Sequence record: OQ708376.1
Length of the DNA stretch: 64,000 nt
Direction: 5' to 3' (one strand)
Both the position numbers and the translations under genes were made by a program. Each line of letters opens with the position of its first letter. Positions within the stretch are counted from its first letter, which is position 1. Below, one piece after another: positions 1 through 8,162 of this stretch. The notes beneath the pieces are model-generated. The model saw only the letters and a program-made list of their open reading frames with translations, made no database searches and was not told where the DNA came from.

Positions 1-159
1 TGTAAAAGTACTTACACTAATAGATATGGTAAGAGTCATCCAGAATTGGATAAGTTCATGTACATTGATGTACGAGAATGTCAAAAGTATTTGACTGAAC
101 GAATGTGTAACAGTATTATTAAAGCTGTTAAAGCTTTTCAAAGAAATAGAAGGAAATAA
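1..159 (+). CDS. 3' end of an ORF truncated by the window edge; likely T4 NudE-like Nudix hydrolase C-terminus
   Basis: Frame 1 reads CKSTYTNRYGKSHPELDKFMYIDVRECQKYLTERMCNSIIKAVKAFQRNRRK* with the stop at 157-159. This resembles the recalled T4 NudE C-terminus (CxSxF...PEMDAFALI). The Nudix box would lie upstream of the window. Confidence 0.5.
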   Translation, partial: CKSTYTNRYGKSHPELDKFMYIDVRECQKYLTERMCNSIIKAVKAFQRNRRK

Positions 160-160
160 C

Positions 161-409
161 ATGAAAGTTAAAATTTATGGTCGCAAGACTGGTTGTAAAT
201 TTTGCGACACTGCAAAAGCTGTATGTGAACAAAATAAATTTGAAATGGAGTTTGTAGATATTGTTGCTGAAGGTATCGATGGTTCAAAACTGTCTGAAAT
301 TTGTGGTGAACCAGTTCGTCAAGTTCCTCAAATTTTCGTAAATGACATTTATGTACCAGGTGGTTGTACTGGGTTTATTGAAGGTCTTAAAGAAGGTCGT
401 TGGAACTAA
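161..409 (+). CDS. glutaredoxin / NrdH-like redoxin
   Basis: 82 aa; CKFC active-site motif after KIYGR; VPQIFV cis-Pro motif; GG motif; AGGA RBS upstream. Confidence 0.9.
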   Translation: MKVKIYGRKTGCKFCDTAKAVCEQNKFEMEFVDIVAEGIDGSKLSEICGEPVRQVPQIFVNDIYVPGGCTGFIEGLKEGRWN

Positions 410-651
410 TGGATATTGAAAAAGTATCATCTCGTGCAAAACAACTAGCTGATACGTTGGGAGTAGAGTTCAAAATTCCTGATATTTCAATAGCTAAAGA
501 AAAAGCCCAGATTAAAATTAACAAGATGAAAGAATATCTATCTAAACAAGAACAGTATGATTCCGCTGTCGAATTTATTGTAAAATCTTTTAGTAAAGAT
601 GATATTTTGGCATTTATCAAATATGTGAAGGTTTCTGGCAACCCTAAATAA
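400..651 (+). CDS. hypothetical protein
   Basis: 83-aa ORF overlapping the glutaredoxin stop in a tightly packed operon. Confidence 0.7.
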   Translation: MELMDIEKVSSRAKQLADTLGVEFKIPDISIAKEKAQIKINKMKEYLSKQEQYDSAVEFIVKSFSKDDILAFIKYVKVSGNPK

Positions 652-697
652 ATGTGAAGAACAAAAAGTTCTTCTTAACAATTTGGGAGATACTATT

Positions 698-940
698 ATG
701 CTCAGTTTTCGTGAACAATTAGCAAAAGGTCAATTTCAGGCTAAAGCTCAAACTAATATTCCTAAAAAATCTGCATTTTTAGGAACAATTACGGAAGATG
801 GATTTTGTGATTATGATGCACCAGAAGATTCATGGTACATTACAAAAGACACAAAACGCAGTAATAGACTTCACAAAAGTACAATAGCTAGAAAGCATCG
901 AAAAGAATTAAAGAAAATCCGTTTCGGTGAAGAAGAATAA
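698..940 (+). CDS. hypothetical basic protein
   Basis: The ORF track starts at TTG 683, but ATG 698 follows a GGGAGA RBS. Followed by a terminator. Confidence 0.7.
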   Translation: MLSFREQLAKGQFQAKAQTNIPKKSAFLGTITEDGFCDYDAPEDSWYITKDTKRSNRLHKSTIARKHRKELKKIRFGEEE

Positions 941-948
941 TTTAAAAT

Positions 949-978
949 AAGGACTCTGAACACAGAGTCCTTTCTTTT
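949..978 (+). terminator. intrinsic terminator
   Basis: AAGGACTCTG-AACA-CAGAGTCCTT followed by TCTTTT. Confidence 0.8.
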
Positions 979-989
979 CGGAGAATATA

Positions 990-1466
990 ATGATTCATGA
1001 ACACCGAGGTAATCTGTTTGAATTATTCAGTACTGTTACAGATGATAAAACAGCAATACATATAATTGCTCATGGTTGTAACGCACAGGGTAAAATGGGT
1101 TCAGGTTTTGCAAAAGAGCTAAGAAATCGTTACCCAATGGCATATGATGATTATAAAGCATATGAAAAGGAAATGGGATTTCTTAGAATTGGACAAATTG
1201 CATATTCAGCAATTAACGATAATTTGATTATTGCAAACTGTATTACCCAAAAAATGTACGGTAATGACGGTGCTAAATATGTCAGTTATGATGCAATCGA
1301 CGATGTGTTCAAACATCTAAATTATTTTTGTAAAGTTGATCGAGATGTTCATGTACACTTCCCGAAAATTGGAGCCGATTTGGGCGGCGGTAACTGGAAC
1401 GTTATCAAAGAAATCATTGATCACCGACTGGTCAATGCAGAAAAACACTTATACATTCTAAAATAA
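990..1466 (+). CDS. macro domain protein (T4 Tk.4-like ADP-ribose-binding/hydrolase fold)
   Basis: Macro-domain motifs GNLF, AHGCNAQGKMGSGFAKEL, IANCITQ and FPKIGADLGGGNW; GGAG RBS. Confidence 0.85.
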   Translation: MIHEHRGNLFELFSTVTDDKTAIHIIAHGCNAQGKMGSGFAKELRNRYPMAYDDYKAYEKEMGFLRIGQIAYSAINDNLIIANCITQKMYGNDGAKYVSYDAIDDVFKHLNYFCKVDRDVHVHFPKIGADLGGGNWNVIKEIIDHRLVNAEKHLYILK

Positions 1467-1485
1467 ACAAAAGGACTTGACAAAA

Positions 1486-1794
1486 ATGACTATGACCGTT
1501 AAACTACTAAACATCAATAACATTGGCCCAGTACTAGCAGTTCTACAAACCGATTCTGCTGAAGCTGTTGTAGTTAACTACCCAGCACAACTAGGGACTG
1601 ACGAAAATGGTGAAATCATTCTTCGTGATTATCTAGAGTTTGTTAGTATGGAGAAAAATGTTATTTTTTATAAATCCAACATTATTAGTGTTAGTGATGC
1701 AAACCCTGCATTAGTTGATGCTTATGTTGATGCTATTAAAGCAATCGAAAACACTCCAAAAGTTTTCGTTCCTGAGAATAAAATCATTCTATAA
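1486..1794 (+). CDS. hypothetical small beta-rich protein
   Basis: AAGGA RBS 10 nt before ATG 1486 (the track uses TTG 1477); operon packing. Confidence 0.7.
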   Translation: MTMTVKLLNINNIGPVLAVLQTDSAEAVVVNYPAQLGTDENGEIILRDYLEFVSMEKNVIFYKSNIISVSDANPALVDAYVDAIKAIENTPKVFVPENKIIL

Positions 1795-1806
1795 TAGAGG
1801 TATATA

Positions 1807-2184
1807 ATGGCTGCTAATGACGTTAAAGTAAAAACTATCCAAGCTATCGTAGTACTGAAAGATTCTACACCATCCCCTAAAGAATTAGTAATGGCTGGGA
1901 TGACTATGTTACATCAATACAACCCTGAATCACCTAACTATGTTCAAGAATACGAAGCTAAGAAGTTTAAAGAACATTGGCAGTCATGGATTAAAGATAA
2001 TGAAATGGAGCAGGTAGTTTATGCTGCTGATGACATTTTCGAACTGGAACAAATTGAATATCTAGCTGGTCAGCAATCAGTACCATTGAGCATTTTCGGT
2101 AATGGTGAAGAAGTTCTGGTATTGGGACCATTCACTGCTGATGATATCATTCACTTACTGAGTAATTGTAAGAAAATTGAATAA
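1807..2184 (+). CDS. Pth2 (archaeal/eukaryal-type peptidyl-tRNA hydrolase)-fold protein, catalytic motifs degenerate
   Basis: Segments IQAIVVLKD, W..W....QVVYAADD..EL, SVPLSIF and VLVLGP..ADDI..LLSNCKKI align by eye with the Pth2 pattern. The K..G..AAQ..HA and DAGRTQ motifs are absent. Confidence 0.5.
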   Translation: MAANDVKVKTIQAIVVLKDSTPSPKELVMAGMTMLHQYNPESPNYVQEYEAKKFKEHWQSWIKDNEMEQVVYAADDIFELEQIEYLAGQQSVPLSIFGNGEEVLVLGPFTADDIIHLLSNCKKIE

Positions 2185-2395
2185 AAATTCGAAACTGTCA
2201 GGTTACCGTAACAACACGTTGAAGTACAATGATATTAAGTACTGGGTTGATCCTTACTTAAATAAATCATTGTTAATGTACAGAGATAAATCACGAGATC
2301 TATATGGAATATATGTTACTCAGTTAATATATATAATAGATTCCGAGCATTTTACTCCATTGGTATACCTGTACTGCTTGTATAATTCAAAATAA
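2177..2395 (+). CDS. possible small hypothetical protein
   Basis: 72-aa Tyr-rich ORF with a TTG start overlapping the previous stop; fills the gap before the 2401 hairpin; no clear RBS. Confidence 0.35.
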   Translation: MNKNSKLSGYRNNTLKYNDIKYWVDPYLNKSLLMYRDKSRDLYGIYVTQLIYIIDSEHFTPLVYLYCLYNSK

Positions 2396-2400
2396 CTATT

Positions 2401-2445
2401 AGCACCTCTAAATAATGTATATAAACATTAATGAGGTGCTTTTTT
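2401..2445 (+). promoter_or_regulatory. hairpin/terminator containing a TAAATA late-promoter motif and the neck-gene Shine-Dalgarno
   Basis: Outer stem AGCACCTC(2401-2408)/GAGGTGCT(2433-2440); inner stem TAATGT/ACATTA; T5 tail; TAAATA at 2409-2414; GAGGT SD lies in the 3' arm. Confidence 0.7.
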
Positions 2446-3237
2446 ATGTCTTACGATTATATGGGTGGAAACCCTGATGCTCCTAACTTTGACCATCGTG
2501 AAAAACTGAAAGATGTTATCACTCAAATGTTGGGTGCTGGGGCCGTTGAGGTAGAAATTACTGATGGTCAATTAGAAATTGCAATTGATAATGCGGTATC
2601 GAATTACAGAGCGTGGAGTTCTGCTTCTAAAGAAGAAGCATTTTTAAATATGAAATTTTATGATTCACAATCTGTATATATGCTACCAACTGAAGTTGAA
2701 ATTGTTAAAAAGATTTATCGTTATGGTAATGGTTACTTAAGTTCTGGTAGTGGGAACTCAGTAGATCCGTTTTCTCTAGCATTCACCAACACTTACTTAT
2801 TGACTTCAGCACGAAATGCAGGTGGATATGATCTAACTACATATGATTTTAGTTTTCAGTTCCAAGAACTGGTAGGTCGTATGTTTGGTCGTGATATTAT
2901 ATTTCAATTTAATCCAATGACCAAAAAATTAATTATAGATCGTGATATTCGCGGTACTGAAGAAGTACTATTGCACGTATATCATAATATTCCTGAACCA
3001 TTGTTGTTTCAAAGACAGCAAAGTTATCCTTGGCTACGTGATTGGGCATTGTCTGAAGCCATGATTATGTTGGGTCGTAACCGTGCCAAATTTGCTTCTC
3101 TTCCAGGTCCACAGGGAACGTTTTCTATGGATGGTGATACATTACGTAATGAAGGATTACAACTTCAGGAACAGCTTAAAGAGCGTTTGAAACGTTATCA
3201 AGATGGTGCTGAACCACTAGGTATGATTATTGGTTAA
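2446..3237 (+). CDS. neck protein (T4 gp13-like)
   Basis: N-terminal ..LKDVITQMLGAGAVEVEITDGQLEIAIDNA.. and C-terminal ALSEAMIMLGRNRAKFASLPGPQGTFSMDG match the gp13 family pattern. Start moved to ATG 2446, after the GAGGT SD. Confidence 0.8.
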   Translation: MSYDYMGGNPDAPNFDHREKLKDVITQMLGAGAVEVEITDGQLEIAIDNAVSNYRAWSSASKEEAFLNMKFYDSQSVYMLPTEVEIVKKIYRYGNGYLSSGSGNSVDPFSLAFTNTYLLTSARNAGGYDLTTYDFSFQFQELVGRMFGRDIIFQFNPMTKKLIIDRDIRGTEEVLLHVYHNIPEPLLFQRQQSYPWLRDWALSEAMIMLGRNRAKFASLPGPQGTFSMDGDTLRNEGLQLQEQLKERLKRYQDGAEPLGMIIG

Positions 3238-3240
3238 ATT

Positions 3241-3268
3241 AAAAAAGACTCCTATATGGAGTCTTTTT
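3241..3268 (+). terminator. intrinsic (bidirectional-type) terminator
   Basis: AAAAAAGACTCC-TATAT-GGAGTCTTTTT. Confidence 0.85.
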
Positions 3269-3274
3269 CACATT

Positions 3275-3286
3275 ATGTGATATAAT
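3275..3286 (+). promoter_or_regulatory. extended -10 early-type promoter (ATGTGATATAAT)
   Basis: Same ATGTGATATAAT motif as at 15616 and 41966; no -35 match here; upstream of ORF 3314. Confidence 0.55.
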
Positions 3287-3313
3287 GATAATATTAATCT
3301 TAAGGAACCTAAC

Positions 3314-3583
3314 ATGAATAACAACATAGATGCAATGTATAACAAATATAGTTGTGGTGCACCTACATTAGATTATGAGTCAACTGAAAAATTCTGGAAA
3401 TTTTTAAAAGAATCAATCGTTGATGTTTTCGGTAGAGATCGAATAAACGCGTGGGCGAGTATATGTCGTGATGATAATGGAGAAACATTCTACATCACTT
3501 ATGTTACTATATATTATGGGAGCGAGTTTATAGTTCAATTACTTGAATGTTTAGTAGGAAAGGATTTAGTAGTACTTATATAA
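3314..3583 (+). CDS. hypothetical protein
   Basis: 89 aa; AAGGA RBS; promoter immediately upstream. Confidence 0.7.
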   Translation: MNNNIDAMYNKYSCGAPTLDYESTEKFWKFLKESIVDVFGRDRINAWASICRDDNGETFYITYVTIYYGSEFIVQLLECLVGKDLVVLI

Positions 3584-3601
3584 TATACATGGAGAAGTAT
3601 T

Positions 3602-4228
3602 ATGGAAAGACAAATAATTGCAATTAACGGTACTATTGGAAGTGGTAAAGATACTTTTGGAGAAACTTTTATTAATAATGGTTACACCAGAATGTCATTT
3701 GCAACTAATCTTAAAGATTCCGTTGCTGCTATTTTTGGATGGGATCGTGAAATGCTTGAAGGTTCAACTAAGGAAAGTCGTAAGATTCGTGAAGAACCGG
3801 ACCAGTACTGGTGTGATAAGTTAGGTCGTAGTGATGTATCCCCTCGATGGGTATTGCAGAATTATGGTACTAATATTTTGCGTAAGTATTTTCATAATGA
3901 TATTTGGGTATTCAGTTTAGAAAAATCAATGCAAGAAATAGATGGAAATATCATCATCACTGATTGCCGTTTTCCAAATGAATTAAAAATGATTAGATCG
4001 CAAAATGGGACTATTATTGAAGTTCAACGTGTTCTACCACATTGGTATGGTTTGGCGGCCTCTTATAATAAAGGGGATATTAATATTAAACCAGTTGAAC
4101 TAGAAACAGTACACGAATCTGAGTGGGCTTGGATTGGCATAAACAATCCTGATATAATTGTACAGAATAACAGTACTATTGATGATTTACATAAAAAAGC
4201 AATGGACATTATTTATTCTAATACATAA
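3602..4228 (+). CDS. deoxynucleoside monophosphate kinase (T4 gp1-like)
   Basis: P-loop GTIGSGKDT; FATNLKD; SPRWVLQNYGT; IITDCRFPNE. Confidence 0.9.
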   Translation: MERQIIAINGTIGSGKDTFGETFINNGYTRMSFATNLKDSVAAIFGWDREMLEGSTKESRKIREEPDQYWCDKLGRSDVSPRWVLQNYGTNILRKYFHNDIWVFSLEKSMQEIDGNIIITDCRFPNELKMIRSQNGTIIEVQRVLPHWYGLAASYNKGDINIKPVELETVHESEWAWIGINNPDIIVQNNSTIDDLHKKAMDIIYSNT

Positions 4229-4266
4229 ATTATAAACAATAAGGACTGGACAATTAAATCCTTCAA

Positions 4267-4272
4267 TAAATA
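4267..4272 (+). promoter_or_regulatory. TAAATA late-promoter motif for the tail sheath
   Basis: T4-like late core TAAATA about 50 nt upstream of the sheath ATG. The same motif recurs before most structural genes. Confidence 0.5.
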
Positions 4273-4322
4273 AGACTATACGAATATATTTCGAATAACC
4301 AATTATTTTTGGAGGATTTAAT

Positions 4323-6986
4323 ATGGCAGGAGATCTACTCTCACCTGGCGTTTCCATTTCAGTAACTGATGAAAGTATGAGTACCGCTGCTGCTCCTGGC
4401 ACTGTACCACTATTTGTAATCGCTACTGCTGAAGACAAACTTGTCCCAGGAAGCAGTGCAATAGCTGCGGGAACTACTAAAGCAAACGCTGGAAAACTAC
4501 AGCTTCTAACATCACAAAAAAGCTCACTTGATACCTATGGTACACCAATTTTTCAAATGAATAACGGTTCTGTTGTTCAAGGTGATGAACTAAACGAATA
4601 TGGCCTACATGCAGTATATTCTTATCTAGGCATTACTAACCGTGCATATGTAATTCGTGCTGATATCGATCTAGCACAACTAGCACCAAGTGCTGAAGCA
4701 CCAACTGGCCCAGTATCCAATGGTACTTTGTGGTTTGATACCGCACAATCACAAGTAGAAGCGTATGTAGCGAAGAAAGATAGTCCAAGCAGTTTTTATG
4801 ATTGGCAACTTAAGCCAGTAACTATTGTAAGTGCTGAAGAAGTTGAAGATGTAAGTCTAGTAGGTTTAAATGTTGATGATTTAGTTCTACGTTACAAACC
4901 AAGCAATGGTCAGATGCTAATGTATAAACGTTCTGCTTCTGGGCTAGTGCAAATGGAAACTTATCTATCACCAATTAACAAAGTTCCAGTTGGCTCAACT
5001 GTAGAAAAAGGTAACATTTGGATTCGTGATGGTTACACCCAAAATGGTTCAAACTATTTTGGTACTCGTTTTGTTATTAAACGTTATGCATCCCTAACTC
5101 AAGTTTGGAATATTGTACCAGCATATACTGGTAATTCATTCCAAGAAATTGAAGCGAAAAGTGGTGTACTAAACAATAGTTATATCGCATCTCGTTTTGA
5201 TGAAGATAGTAAGAGTTTCTCTTTCTATATTCAAAGTGCAAAACTAACAACAATTAGTGCTCCTGCTTTGCCACTTGGTGAAACTATTATTGAACAAGCA
5301 GGTGCTGATAGTTATATGACTTTTGTTTATTTGAATAAATCAGTTAAAGTACTAGCAGTTCCACAAGGCGGTGTTATTAATACCCAAACTATCATCAATA
5401 ATCTAAATGCAAATGCTGAAATTATTAACGATGGTTTTAAATTTAAACGTGAAACTAATGGTGGTTTAGTTGTTTCCAATACAAAAGGTTACAGTTTCAA
5501 AATCACACAAAGTGGTGATGATATTTTTGCTGAACCTGAACTACAAAAACTAACTGTAGATAGTAACAACTACTCTCTAATTAACGTTAATAACTTCCGT
5601 GTTAGTTATTCAGTACCACGTAGTGTAGCAAAAGAAGGAACTCTCTGGTATGATTTCGGGAACTCCGATAATCTAACTGTAACTATGTATGTTGCTGATG
5701 TTGCTAATGATCAATGGGATCTAGTACAAGAAGAAAACAAATATGTACAAGTTGATGAACCAGCGGCTGACCGTTTAATTTGGGTTTGTCCTTTGTCTCA
5801 AGGCATTGATGGTTATGATTTCTATCGTAACGTTGATGGTGAATGGGTTAAACTTGACAGTACTGATCAAAGTACACTAAATGGTATGATTTTCCAAGAC
5901 TTTAATTTCCCAAGCCAAGTTCCTGCTGCGGCATTGTATCAAAATGGTATGCTTGCAGTTGACCTAGGTAACACTGAAGGTGTTGTTAAGAAAATGGTTA
6001 ATGGTCAATGGGAAGTTGTTAGTGGTGTAAGTCTTGATGGTGCTGGCCTATTTGGTCGTGCTGCACAACGTCAACTAGTAGTTGAAGCACTAGCTGCTGT
6101 TATTATTGGTAATGATGACATTCGTTCTGAATTTATTGATTTTAACCTAATTTGTGTACCTGGTTACGTTGAAACACTTGATGAATGTGTAACTTTAAAC
6201 ACTGATCGTAAAGAAACTGCATTTATTGTTACTGACGTTCCAGCACGTTTGAATCCAACCGGAAACGGTAGTGCTGTACAACAATGGGCTACTAATGCTA
6301 ACAATGCACCAAGCAACGGTTCAGTTGGTCGTACAACTGCTTATGATTATGCTGCTCAGTATATGGGTTGGTGTCTAAGTACTAACGTTGATGGTGAAGA
6401 AGTTGCAGTTCCTGGTAGTACTATTGCAATGCGTACATATGCATACAGTGATAGTGTTAGTTATGTATGGTATCCACCTGCTGGTACAACTCGTGGTGTT
6501 GTAACAAACGCTGCAAGTACTGGTTTTATCAACAGCGAAGGTGAATATCAACCAGTAGTATACAACCAAGGTCAACGTGACGTTATGTATACTAACAACA
6601 TTAACCCAATTGCAATGCGTCCTAACCGTGGTTTGCTTGTTTATGGAGATAAAACTCTATCTGCTAATCAAACTTCTGCACTAAGTCGTGTTAACGTTGC
6701 TCGTTTAGTTGTTTATATTCGTCGTCAACTAGAAATTATTTCCGAACCATTCCTATTCCGTTTGAATACTCCAAGTACTCGTCAGGAATTTAGTGGTGTA
6801 GTTAATAGCTTCTTGGCTGAAATTGTTCAACAACAGGGTCTTTATAACTTCGCAGTGGTTTGTGATGAAAGTAACAACACCGCAGAGCGTATTGACCGTA
6901 ATGAACTTTGGATGGATATTGCAATTCAACCAACTAAGAGTATTAACTTCATTTACGTACCAATCCGTATCGAGAAAACTCAATAA
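4323..6986 (+). CDS. tail sheath protein (T4 gp18-like)
   Basis: N-terminal LLSPGVSISVTDES; C-terminal WYPPAGTTRG, NINPI, GDKTL, RVNVARL, CDESNNTAERIDRNELWMDIAIQPTKSINFIYV. Confidence 0.95.
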   Translation: MAGDLLSPGVSISVTDESMSTAAAPGTVPLFVIATAEDKLVPGSSAIAAGTTKANAGKLQLLTSQKSSLDTYGTPIFQMNNGSVVQGDELNEYGLHAVYSYLGITNRAYVIRADIDLAQLAPSAEAPTGPVSNGTLWFDTAQSQVEAYVAKKDSPSSFYDWQLKPVTIVSAEEVEDVSLVGLNVDDLVLRYKPSNGQMLMYKRSASGLVQMETYLSPINKVPVGSTVEKGNIWIRDGYTQNGSNYFGTRFVIKRYASLTQVWNIVPAYTGNSFQEIEAKSGVLNNSYIASRFDEDSKSFSFYIQSAKLTTISAPALPLGETIIEQAGADSYMTFVYLNKSVKVLAVPQGGVINTQTIINNLNANAEIINDGFKFKRETNGGLVVSNTKGYSFKITQSGDDIFAEPELQKLTVDSNNYSLINVNNFRVSYSVPRSVAKEGTLWYDFGNSDNLTVTMYVADVANDQWDLVQEENKYVQVDEPAADRLIWVCPLSQGIDGYDFYRNVDGEWVKLDSTDQSTLNGMIFQDFNFPSQVPAAALYQNGMLAVDLGNTEGVVKKMVNGQWEVVSGVSLDGAGLFGRAAQRQLVVEALAAVIIGNDDIRSEFIDFNLICVPGYVETLDECVTLNTDRKETAFIVTDVPARLNPTGNGSAVQQWATNANNAPSNGSVGRTTAYDYAAQYMGWCLSTNVDGEEVAVPGSTIAMRTYAYSDSVSYVWYPPAGTTRGVVTNAASTGFINSEGEYQPVVYNQGQRDVMYTNNINPIAMRPNRGLLVYGDKTLSANQTSALSRVNVARLVVYIRRQLEIISEPFLFRLNTPSTRQEFSGVVNSFLAEIVQQQGLYNFAVVCDESNNTAERIDRNELWMDIAIQPTKSINFIYVPIRIEKTQ

Positions 6987-6992
6987 AACACT

Positions 6993-7018
6993 AAGGGAAC
7001 CTTTTGGTTCCCTTTTTT
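6993..7018 (+). terminator. intrinsic terminator after the sheath gene
   Basis: AAGGGAACC-TTTT-GGTTCCCTT followed by TTTT. Confidence 0.9.
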
Positions 7019-7065
7019 ATTGATTAAAATTAAATACCTTTATATTGATGTTATAAAGGAACATT

Positions 7066-7321
7066 ATGGATATGGAAGAAATACTAAAAAAAACAATACA
7101 AGATGTCAGTAAAATAGTTTTAACTCAGTTGGAATCAGTACACATACTAAATATATTTTTAAAAAATTTGGAAGATTGTCGGTATAATTGAAAAATACGA
7201 AGTATACACAAATGGAAAATGGTCTATATCAGTAAACTATATTGACCACACTAAACGAAAAAGATACTTATATTGTGTTAATATTAATTGGTTCCCTGTT
7301 GATGACACTTTAGTTAATTAA
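7066..7321 (+). pseudogene. small gene split into two frames (41-aa ORF 7066-7191 plus open frame 7163-7321)
   Basis: TAAATA at 7031, AAGGA RBS and ATG at 7066. The second frame reads KIWKIVGIIEKYEVYTNGKWSISVNYIDHTKRKRYLYCVNINWFPVDDTLVN*. The junction falls at a T5-A6 run. Confidence 0.35.
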
Positions 7322-7381
7322 AAATATACTTCCAGATAGATAAATAATATAAAGATGTCATTCCATAATAGGAGAATATAA

Positions 7382-8068
7382 ATGGCTACAATGCTTGATC
7401 GATATGGCGTACCGCTCGCTGGCGGTGGTCGTATCTCTATGAAACAACCAAAAGCAAAATACAAATTTCGTGTTATTTTCTTTGGTTTTGGTACTAATGA
7501 TGATGGTAATATGATTACACTAGACACCAATACAGTTGGGGCAGTATCTGTATCACATGAAAATGTCACTGTTCATAGTTACAACAGTTCTGCACACTAT
7601 AAAGGTAAGTACACTTGGGATACAATTGATGTTGCTTTCCGTGACTCAGTAGGTAATGCTTCTGCTAAAGCACTATACAACCAAATGCGTAAAGAATTCA
7701 ACTACTACAGTCAAGAATCTCGCATGACTGATTCACAATTTAAATTCGAAATGTGGATTCAAGAACTTGATGGTTCTAATAGTGAAAATACAACAAACTT
7801 GTTTGAAGGAACATTGAGTACTTGGGTATGTCAAGGTTGCTTTATTGAATCCAGCAACTTTGGTGATTGGGATTATTCCTCAAGTGAAGCACAAGTTATT
7901 TCAATGACTGTTCAACCAGATGGTTGTGCTAAATTGGGTCCAAACGGCGAAGCGTTCGGTGATGAAGTTAGTGGCTTCGGTAATCCATCAACTGCTACCT
8001 CTATTTCTGGTGCACAAACTAATATTAGTAGTACTACTCTACCAGATAGTAACTTCTACGAAAATTAA
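7382..8068 (+). CDS. tail tube protein (gp19-like)
   Basis: QPKAKYKFRV, GKYTWDTIDVAFRD and GCFIESSNFGDWDYSSSE tube-fold motifs; follows the sheath gene; TAAATA at 7341; GGAG RBS. Confidence 0.85.
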   Translation: MATMLDRYGVPLAGGGRISMKQPKAKYKFRVIFFGFGTNDDGNMITLDTNTVGAVSVSHENVTVHSYNSSAHYKGKYTWDTIDVAFRDSVGNASAKALYNQMRKEFNYYSQESRMTDSQFKFEMWIQELDGSNSENTTNLFEGTLSTWVCQGCFIESSNFGDWDYSSSEAQVISMTVQPDGCAKLGPNGEAFGDEVSGFGNPSTATSISGAQTNISSTTLPDSNFYEN

Positions 8069-8090
8069 TTTTATTTAAACTTAATATATA

Positions 8091-8117
8091 GCCTCGAATC
8101 TATTCGGGGCTTTTTTT
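8091..8117 (+). terminator. intrinsic terminator followed by TAAATA (8122-8127)
   Basis: GCCTCGAA-TCTA-TTCGGGGC followed by T7. Confidence 0.85.
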
Positions 8118-8162
8118 ATGCTAAATAAAGTATAATGCCTTATAAAATAAAAAGAGGTTGCT

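Noticed and set aside
7158-7164. T-TTA-AAA slippery heptamer as a programmed -1 frameshift site
   Set aside because: A -1 shift leads to a stop within about 6 codons. The long downstream frame requires a +1 change, so classical -1 recoding does not explain it.
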